A DNA stretch of 64,000 nucleotides from Candidatus Iainarchaeum sp. (GTDB lineage: Archaea > Iainarchaeota > Iainarchaeia > Iainarchaeales > DTGL01). Position 1 is the stretch's first letter. Every line of letters begins with the position of its first letter. This document shows positions 57,139-64,000 of the stretch, in pieces. Position numbers and translations under genes: made by a program. The DNA lies in the NCBI GenBank assembly GCA_026413945.1, contig JAOAJX010000001.1, positions 96,001 through 160,000 of the forward strand. The letters are read 5' to 3'. The notes under the pieces are model-generated. The model made no database searches. It had not been told where the DNA came from and saw only the letters and a program-made list of their open reading frames with translations.

Positions 57139-57695
57139 GATCTCACCTTTGCAATAATTTCTCTGGCAATTCTTTTTAATTGTTTTTTGCTTTTATCCCC
57201 ATTAACTACAAAATTAGCTTTTTTTATTTTTTGATAAAGAGGCATTTGCGACCTTATCCTTAAAATTGCCTCTTCTTTAGAATACCCGCGCTTAATAAGG
57301 CGTTCCATTTGCTTTTTTCTTGAAGCACGAACTACAACAACATAATCAAAAAGATTTTCAATGGACCCCTCATACAGTAAAGGGGCTTCAACAAAGATTG
57401 TTTCATTTCTTTTCAAAGAAGCAAGCTCTTTCTTCAATTTTCTCAATATCCGTGGCTGCAAAATGCTTTCAAGAATCTTTCTTTTTTCATAGTCTTTAAA
57501 TACAATCTTTGCAATCTCCTTTTGCTCAGCAGTTCCAAAGCTGCGCTTAAGTTCTTTTTTCACAATAGGCATGTCATAAACGCTCTTTGCAATATCATCA
57601 CAATCAATACATTTTTCGCCAAGCTCAATTAATTCAGCCATAAGCGCACTTTTCCCACATGCAATATTTCCAGTTATAGCAATTTTCATCATCAT
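57135..57695 (-). CDS. coaE: Dephospho-CoA kinase (bacterial type)
   Basis: ITGNIACGKS, IDCD, EAPLLYE, RIRSQMP. Confidence 0.92.
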   Translation of the reverse strand: MMMKIAITGNIACGKSALMAELIELGEKCIDCDDIAKSVYDMPIVKKELKRSFGTAEQKEIAKIVFKDYEKRKILESILQPRILRKLKKELASLKRNETIFVEAPLLYEGSIENLFDYVVVVRASRKKQMERLIKRGYSKEEAILRIRSQMPLYQKIKKANFVVNGDKSKKQLKRIAREIIAKVRS

Positions 57696-58981
57696 TACCT
57701 TAGAGTTATCTCGTAACCAAAAATAGTAGAAAGCATTTTTGAAAGTTCTGCCTTTTTACTTTCAAATTCTTTGTTTGAGGTTAGAATATTATCTCTAGTT
57801 TTATCAATCTCAAGCAAAATATCTTTAAGGTCCCTTTCAGCCCTAGAAATCTCGCCTTTATGCTGCGATATTTGTAAACCTATTTTGTTATTCCTAAGCT
57901 CTTTTTCAATTTGTAATATTCTTGCATCAATCTCATTAATAGGCCAAAAATACTCGCCAAAAAAGTCTTCCTTCAACAGCTTTTCGATAATGGGTAACTG
58001 TTGTTTCTTCTCTTTGTCATCAAGCTTTAATGTGCCTACCTCAACCGCATTTTTTAGCTCACCCAAAACTTCTTTTATAGTATTTCCTTTAGGATCCGAC
58101 TTCAAAGCAGTATCAAGATCTTTAATAATCTTTTCAATGTTTTTCATCTTCTCATGGTTAATTTCATAGTTGCCCTTTTTACATATGCTATAAAACTTCT
58201 TCAGGAGTCGTCCAACTGATAGAAAATCGCCGACCAGATGCTCTTTTATTTCAACCTTTCTTTTTTGCAATTTTTCCATCTCTTCCTGTAATGAAAGAGC
58301 TTTCTTTGCTTGTTCTGAATCAAGTAATGTGTTGAGCTGCGATCTTAATGAACCAATGTGCTCTTCAATAACCTTTCTTTTTTCTTCAAGTTCTTTCAAT
58401 CTTGACTCAAGCACAACTATTTTTTGTTGGCTATTCTCAACATCTAAAATCTTTGAGTCAATAGTATTAGAGAAAAGCAACCCATTTTCTTCAATGATTT
58501 TTCCTAAAGCGTTCAATTTGCTCGAAATAGAATCTAAGCGCCTTCCAATTTCATACATGCTTTTTGGAACGCCTGCTGAAGCATAAGCTATGTTTCTTCT
58601 GCTTCTAAATACACTCTTTTGAATGGCAGCACTGGCTGCTTCATAGTACTCTTTGATCTTAATTACATCAGATTCTAATGGCGGTTCCAGTTTATCTAAC
58701 AGAGGCCTTATGCTATTAATAAATCCCTTCTTGCTTGTCTGAACAATTTTTTTAAAAGGCCCATCTTCAATGTCGGGAAGTTCTTTTTCTAATTCGACAA
58801 AAGTAGCACGTGCCTCAGCAACATCAATTTTTATATCAGAAATAATGCTTTGCAACTCTTTTCTTATGCTTTTTTTGAGCCTTTCTTCATTGAGCATCTT
58901 TTTTGCTTCATTAATGCCTATCTTTGCAACCTTCTTTTTTTGCCTAAAAAAGAAGCCGATTATATTTTTCAAAAAGCCCAT
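57695..58981 (-). CDS. Hypothetical coiled-coil protein
   Basis: 428 aa with heptad-rich segments and an amphipathic N-terminus (MGFLKNIIGFFF). Confidence 0.7.
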   Translation of the reverse strand: MGFLKNIIGFFFRQKKKVAKIGINEAKKMLNEERLKKSIRKELQSIISDIKIDVAEARATFVELEKELPDIEDGPFKKIVQTSKKGFINSIRPLLDKLEPPLESDVIKIKEYYEAASAAIQKSVFRSRRNIAYASAGVPKSMYEIGRRLDSISSKLNALGKIIEENGLLFSNTIDSKILDVENSQQKIVVLESRLKELEEKRKVIEEHIGSLRSQLNTLLDSEQAKKALSLQEEMEKLQKRKVEIKEHLVGDFLSVGRLLKKFYSICKKGNYEINHEKMKNIEKIIKDLDTALKSDPKGNTIKEVLGELKNAVEVGTLKLDDKEKKQQLPIIEKLLKEDFFGEYFWPINEIDARILQIEKELRNNKIGLQISQHKGEISRAERDLKDILLEIDKTRDNILTSNKEFESKKAELSKMLSTIFGYEITLR

Positions 58982-59076
58982 ACAAAAGAATAATGCAAAG
59001 GAGTAAATATATTTAACCTTTTTATTGGAAAATAGCCTGATAAATATTTTAAAGAACCAACATTTAAATTAGATAA

Positions 59077-60513
59077 ATGGAATGCAAAAATAACAAACAA
59101 ATAGCAACTATTACTAAACACGCAGAGATACTTGCAAACAAGATATCTTCTCATAACAGAATAATAATTGTCCATCATTATGATGCTGATGGCATTGCTA
59201 GCGCAGCAATATTGGCAAAGGCGCTTCAGGATTCCGGAAAAACCTTTTCAGAAATATCAATAAAGCAACTCTACAAGGATAGTTTAAATGAAATACTCAA
59301 AAAAGGAGAGCCAAAAGAAGATTTTTTTATTTTTGCTGATTTTGGCTCTTCACACTTAAATGATATTGAAGATTTCTTTGGTAACAATTTTGCAATCATA
59401 GACCACCATCAGCCAAAGTGCCCAAGATCAGATAACTTTTTGAATTGTTGGCATTTCGGCCTTGACGGATCAACTGAAGCATGTGCTGCTTCACTATCCT
59501 ATATTTTGGCAAAATCATTAACTAAGCCCGAAGCTTTAGCAAATTTTGCTCCTTTGGCCATAGTTGGTGCACTTGGTGATATTCAAGATAGTGTGGGTGC
59601 ATTAAAAGGTCTTAACAAAGCAATCCTTGATGAAGCAAAGTACAAAGGCAGTATAAAGATTACAAAGGATTTAAGACTATATGGGCGCTACACACGACCT
59701 TTGATACAGTTTATAGTCTACTCTACTGATCCAATAATCCCAGGATTAACAGGCAATGAGGAAAACACAACCAAATTTTTGCTTGCGAACGGCTTTGAGC
59801 TAAAGCGTAATGGGGTTTGGCTTTGCTATGAAAACCTATCATTTGAAGAAAAGCAAAAGCTCGCAACTGCATTGATCATTTACATGCGTTCCATAGATAT
59901 GCCGGAATGGAAAATAAATCGCCTAGTAGGGGAAGTTTACACATTAACAGAAGAACCAGTCGGGCCTCTTAAGGATGCAAAGGAATTTGCAACATTGCTC
60001 AATGCTTGTGGCAGAAATAATTGCCCAGAAATTGGCTTCGAGATTTGTTTGGGTGATAGGGGCTATTTTTATGAGCAAGCTTTAAGCATATTGGCTGAAC
60101 ATAGAAAAAAACTTCGCGAAGGTCTTGAGCTCATGCTAGAAGAAGGGCTTCAGGAAGCACGGCACTTTTACTATTTTAATGCTGGTAGCCGCATAAAAGA
60201 TTCATTGATAGGCATAATAGCTGGAATGCTCTATTCCAGTAATTTAATCTCAAAAGAGAAACCAATAATTGCTTTTGCCAACCAAGATGATGGCTTTGTT
60301 AAGGTTAGCGCTAGAGCAACCCACGAGCTCACTGAAAAAGGATTAAATCTCGGGCTTTTGATGAGGTCTTGCAGTGAAGAGCTCGGATTTGACTCCGAAG
60401 GTGGTGGACACCAAATCGCGGCAGGTGCAAAGATACCTAAAGATAAACTAAACGAATTTATAGAATTGCTAGACGAGAAATTGGATAAGAAAAACAAGTT
60501 TATTAAACATTAG
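59077..60513 (+). CDS. DHH family phosphoesterase (archaeal RecJ-like)
   Basis: HYDADG, DFGS, DHH, GALGD.Q, KEFATLLNACGR, GGGHQIAAGA. Confidence 0.9.
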   Translation: MECKNNKQIATITKHAEILANKISSHNRIIIVHHYDADGIASAAILAKALQDSGKTFSEISIKQLYKDSLNEILKKGEPKEDFFIFADFGSSHLNDIEDFFGNNFAIIDHHQPKCPRSDNFLNCWHFGLDGSTEACAASLSYILAKSLTKPEALANFAPLAIVGALGDIQDSVGALKGLNKAILDEAKYKGSIKITKDLRLYGRYTRPLIQFIVYSTDPIIPGLTGNEENTTKFLLANGFELKRNGVWLCYENLSFEEKQKLATALIIYMRSIDMPEWKINRLVGEVYTLTEEPVGPLKDAKEFATLLNACGRNNCPEIGFEICLGDRGYFYEQALSILAEHRKKLREGLELMLEEGLQEARHFYYFNAGSRIKDSLIGIIAGMLYSSNLISKEKPIIAFANQDDGFVKVSARATHELTEKGLNLGLLMRSCSEELGFDSEGGGHQIAAGAKIPKDKLNEFIELLDEKLDKKNKFIKH

Positions 60514-60529
60514 ACACAATATTAAAATT

Positions 60530-61594
60530 ATGGCTTATGATGCTATGAAACTAATCAGCAAAAGGAAAGAAATTATTGATAAAGAGCTTGAAGCATTATT
60601 TCCAAGGTATGCTAAAGAGTGGATTGAGAGAGCATTGGGAAAGCCAAAATATTTTTATGATACTAGAACAGTGCAATACGGATTAACTGAGCAGATCTGG
60701 GAGTTTCTTAATAGGGGTGGAAAGCGTTGGAGACCAGCACTTATGATTTCAGCATGCAAGGCCCTAAATGGTCCGGAAAAATTAGCTGCAAAATTTTCTC
60801 CACTAATAGAGTTTGTCCATGAGGGTACGCTGCTGGTTGATGATGTTGAAGACAATGCTGATTTAAGGCGCGGAAAACCAGCAATGCATAAAATCTATGG
60901 CATTGACTGTGCAGTCAACACCGGCAATGCAATGTATTTCATACCACTTGAAATACTTTACAAAAATGAACTTAAACTTACTGAAAAAAAGATTGTGGAA
61001 ATATACAACATATACGCCCAAGAGATGCTAAGGCTAAGTGTTGGACAAGCAATGGATATTTGGTGGCATAAGGGAAAAAACAAAGCAATAAGCGAACCCG
61101 CTTACCTGCAGATGTGTGCTTATAAAACAGGTGTGCTTGCAAGATTTGCAGCTAAGCTTGGTGCCATACTTGCTGATGCTAAAAGGTCACAAGTGGAAGC
61201 ATTAGGCAACTTTGGTGAAGCCTTAGGTGTCGCTTTTCAGATACAAGATGATATTCTAAACATTGCTCCAAAAAGCGAGCATTGGGGTAAAGAAATAGGT
61301 GAAGACATAAGCGAAGGTAAACGCACACTTTTAATTATAAGGGCAAAAAAGGTTTTGCCGAAGAGAGAAGCAAAGTTGCTAGAATCAATACTTAATTCAC
61401 ATACAAAAAACAAAAAAAAGATACTAAAGGCAATTGCATTAATAAAAAAATCTGATGCAGTAGTTTATTCAGCAAAAAAAGCCAGACTCATAGTTGAAAA
61501 AGCATGGGCTGATCTCGAGAAAAAGATTCCTGAGAATGAAGGCAAACAAGAGCTAAAGGCATTTGCCGATTTCGCAATAAATAGGAATATCTAA
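60530..61594 (+). CDS. Polyprenyl diphosphate synthase (GGPP synthase-like)
   Basis: GGKRWRP, DDVED...RRG, GQAMD, KTG, FQIQDD, EDISEGK. Confidence 0.92.
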   Translation: MAYDAMKLISKRKEIIDKELEALFPRYAKEWIERALGKPKYFYDTRTVQYGLTEQIWEFLNRGGKRWRPALMISACKALNGPEKLAAKFSPLIEFVHEGTLLVDDVEDNADLRRGKPAMHKIYGIDCAVNTGNAMYFIPLEILYKNELKLTEKKIVEIYNIYAQEMLRLSVGQAMDIWWHKGKNKAISEPAYLQMCAYKTGVLARFAAKLGAILADAKRSQVEALGNFGEALGVAFQIQDDILNIAPKSEHWGKEIGEDISEGKRTLLIIRAKKVLPKREAKLLESILNSHTKNKKKILKAIALIKKSDAVVYSAKKARLIVEKAWADLEKKIPENEGKQELKAFADFAINRNI

Positions 61595-61600
61595 GCTTAA

Positions 61601-62614
61601 CTAATCTGATTCTTGCTCTATTATCTCAATAACATCTAATTCAACACACTCACACTTAGTCCCAATAATTTCTGAAATGCTCGGCTTTGTGCGCAAATTA
61701 TCCCCTGAGATGAATTCTTTTACATAAAGGCCAGAATCAGCAACAATTTCTATAATTAAAGAATTGCCTTCAATATGTGCAGATCTTACTTCAGCCTTCT
61801 TTTTTCTGACCAAATCCGGGCGTCTCCTTAAAACACGCAATGGTGTTCTTTGCTTTATTTCGTATTTTCCAATTACAATATCGGTTTTTTCCAAAGGCCC
61901 CTCACAAACTACCTTTGCTCTATAAACTTTTCTGCTTTTTTTAGATTTAATATGCACAACATAATCTTTTTCACAGTACTCTAAGCCAAAAACTTCAATT
62001 TTTTCCTTTTCACAATTGTTTATTTTTGCTTCTAACCATTTTAGGTCAACAGACCTTTTCTTCGGACTTATAATTTGCATAACAAACTCCCTGCCATTAC
62101 CAAGCATCCTTACATCCGCATCCTCCCTACCAGCACCATGCATTTTAGCACCCTCCGCATCAAAAGCAGGGATGAGGTGCTTTGAAATTAGTTCCTCTAC
62201 CGATTCATTGCTTAAAGTGCCAACACCTTTGCACTCTTCACAGCCAGAGCCCTTGCATCTGAAGCAGTAATGCTTTGTTTGGTAAATTTTAGCGTATTTT
62301 TTGTATCTTCCTTTCACATAAACAGAGTGAACAAGAAAGTATACTAAGTCTTGGTTAAAGTTTATCAAAATCTCAATATCAGGCCTTAAGTAATCTGCTT
62401 TCTTCCCAAGAGATTCTTCTAATCTCCTTACTATTAATGGCTGAAATTCTTTTCTCAAAATTTCTTTTCCTTCGTTGCTCAAATAATCTTCAAAGGTGCA
62501 ACCAACAAGGAAACCGCTAAAATCATACTCTTCTAAAGCCTTTGATATTTTGGAGCAAAGTTTTTCTATTAATTCATGGTTAAAGCCATCAAACTCAAAC
62601 CTTATTGGTTCCAT
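61601..62614 (-). CDS. pus10: tRNA pseudouridine(54/55) synthase Pus10
   Basis: GRYKKY, QTK..C, HGAGREDADVRMLGNGR.F, QRTPLRV..RR, GLYVKEFISGD..RT.PS. Confidence 0.95.
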   Translation of the reverse strand: MEPIRFEFDGFNHELIEKLCSKISKALEEYDFSGFLVGCTFEDYLSNEGKEILRKEFQPLIVRRLEESLGKKADYLRPDIEILINFNQDLVYFLVHSVYVKGRYKKYAKIYQTKHYCFRCKGSGCEECKGVGTLSNESVEELISKHLIPAFDAEGAKMHGAGREDADVRMLGNGREFVMQIISPKKRSVDLKWLEAKINNCEKEKIEVFGLEYCEKDYVVHIKSKKSRKVYRAKVVCEGPLEKTDIVIGKYEIKQRTPLRVLRRRPDLVRKKKAEVRSAHIEGNSLIIEIVADSGLYVKEFISGDNLRTKPSISEIIGTKCECVELDVIEIIEQESD

Positions 62615-62650
62615 CTTAAAAGTAATGAAAGTAATGTTTATATGCCTGCA

Positions 62651-64000
62651 CTATCTTTTCTTTCCCTTTTTTTTCTTGAGCAAACCTTGGCTTTTTATTG
62701 TAGCTTGAGCAGCAGCAATTCTCGCTACTGGGACTCTAAAAGGAGAACAGCTTACATAATCAAGGCCAATTTTGTGGCAAAACTCAATAGAAGGCGGATT
62801 TCCACCATGCTCGCCGCAAATACCAAGCTCTATTTTTTCATTTGTTTTTCTTGCTTTTTCGACAGCCATTCTCATTAGCTCACCGACGCCTTCTGTATCA
62901 AGCCTGGCAAATGGGTTTTCAAGCAGTATCCCCTTTGCAATATACTGTGGCAAGAACTTTGGCTCAGCATCATCTCTTGAAAAACCAAAGGTTGTCTGTG
63001 TTAAATCATTAGTGCCAAAAGAGAAAAACTCGACATGCTTGGCTATCTTATCTGCCACCACACAAGCGCGAGGCAACTCAATCATTGTCCCAACTTTATA
63101 GCTAATCCTTAGACCCTCCTTTTTCATGATGTCTTCTGCCTTTTTTCTCACAAGGTCAGCCATTATTTCAATCTCTTTCTCTATGCCAACAAGAGGTATC
63201 ATTATCTGCAACTTTACCTTATAACCTTCCCTTGTTGCTTTTGCAGCTGCCTCAAAAATTGCCTGTACCTGCATTTCATAAACTTCAGGCATTGTTATGC
63301 CAAGGCGTACCCCTCTATGACCAAGCATTGGATTTGCTTCAGATAATGCCCTTGCTTTTTCAAGAAGGATTGCCTTTTCCTTTATCTCTGAGAGCGAAAT
63401 ATTTTTTTTGCATTGTTCACATTCAAGAACTCTTATATCCTTCAACAAGGCGTCTTTGCTGGGCAAAAACTCATGCAAAGGCGGATCTAAAAGGCGTATA
63501 GTTACTGGCAAATTGTTCATTATTTTGAACATCTCATAAAAGTCTTGCCTTTGCATTGGCAAGAGCTTTTCCAAAGCTCTCTTTCTTTCTTCTGTTTTTG
63601 TTGCAATTATCATCTCTTGTACAACAGGAACTCTTTCCTTTGCCATAAACATATGCTCTGTTCTGCAAAGGCCTATGCCTTCTGCACCGAATTCCCTCGC
63701 TTTTGCAGAATCTGTGGGATTATCTGCATTTGTTTTAACTCCAAGAACTCTTATTGAGTCAGCCCAAGAAAGAAGTGTTTTTAGCTCACTGCTTATCTTT
63801 GGCTCAATAGTTGGCGCTTCACCAAGTATTACATCTCCAGTATTTCCATCTATTGTAAGAACATCAAACTCTTTTATTATTAAAGCCCCAATACGTGCTT
63901 GCTTATTTTCAAGATCAATCTGCAATGCCTCGCAACCAGCAACACATGGCTTTCCCATACCACGAGCTACTACTGCTGCATGGCTCGTCATGCCCCCTCT
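62651..64000 (-). CDS. ppdK: Pyruvate, phosphate dikinase (5' truncated by window edge)
   Basis: GMTSHAAVVARGMG, GIGLCRTEHMF, RLLDPPLHEFLP, FSFGTNDLTQ, GICGEHGG, SCSPFRVP. Confidence 0.97.
   Translation of the reverse strand, partial: RGGMTSHAAVVARGMGKPCVAGCEALQIDLENKQARIGALIIKEFDVLTIDGNTGDVILGEAPTIEPKISSELKTLLSWADSIRVLGVKTNADNPTDSAKAREFGAEGIGLCRTEHMFMAKERVPVVQEMIIATKTEERKRALEKLLPMQRQDFYEMFKIMNNLPVTIRLLDPPLHEFLPSKDALLKDIRVLECEQCKKNISLSEIKEKAILLEKARALSEANPMLGHRGVRLGITMPEVYEMQVQAIFEAAAKATREGYKVKLQIMIPLVGIEKEIEIMADLVRKKAEDIMKKEGLRISYKVGTMIELPRACVVADKIAKHVEFFSFGTNDLTQTTFGFSRDDAEPKFLPQYIAKGILLENPFARLDTEGVGELMRMAVEKARKTNEKIELGICGEHGGNPPSIEFCHKIGLDYVSCSPFRVPVARIAAAQATIKSQGLLKKKKGKKR

Overview
Archaeal chromosomal segment, probably from a DPANN lineage (inferred from archaeal RadA/RPA/TFE/Pus10/aTrm56/S8e/L44e, CCA-less tRNA genes and GGTGA Shine-Dalgarno motifs, alongside several bacterial-type enzymes). 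All calls are by-eye motif recognition; no searches were run. 0-9.1 kb: an expanded His-Xaa-Ser RiPP cluster with a precursor carrying 14 tandem HxS triplets, at least five radical SAM genes, two HxsD-like genes, a DUF483-like gene and a TGA-interrupted methyltransferase. 9.2-22.3 kb: a 1238-aa repeat-containing secreted protein and a type IV pilus locus. 22-41 kb: housekeeping genes, five tRNAs, and a run of CBS+HPF-like gene, short SRP RNA apparently lacking helix 6, long RelA/SpoT homologue with a degenerate hydrolase, and class II LysRS. About 41-43.6 kb: xerA with dif-like half-sites at an apparent strand-bias switch (candidate terminus). 43.7-55 kb: glycogen and lower-glycolysis genes. 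Remainder: bacterial-type coaD/coaE, RecJ-like DHH protein, prenyl synthase, pus10 and partial ppdK.
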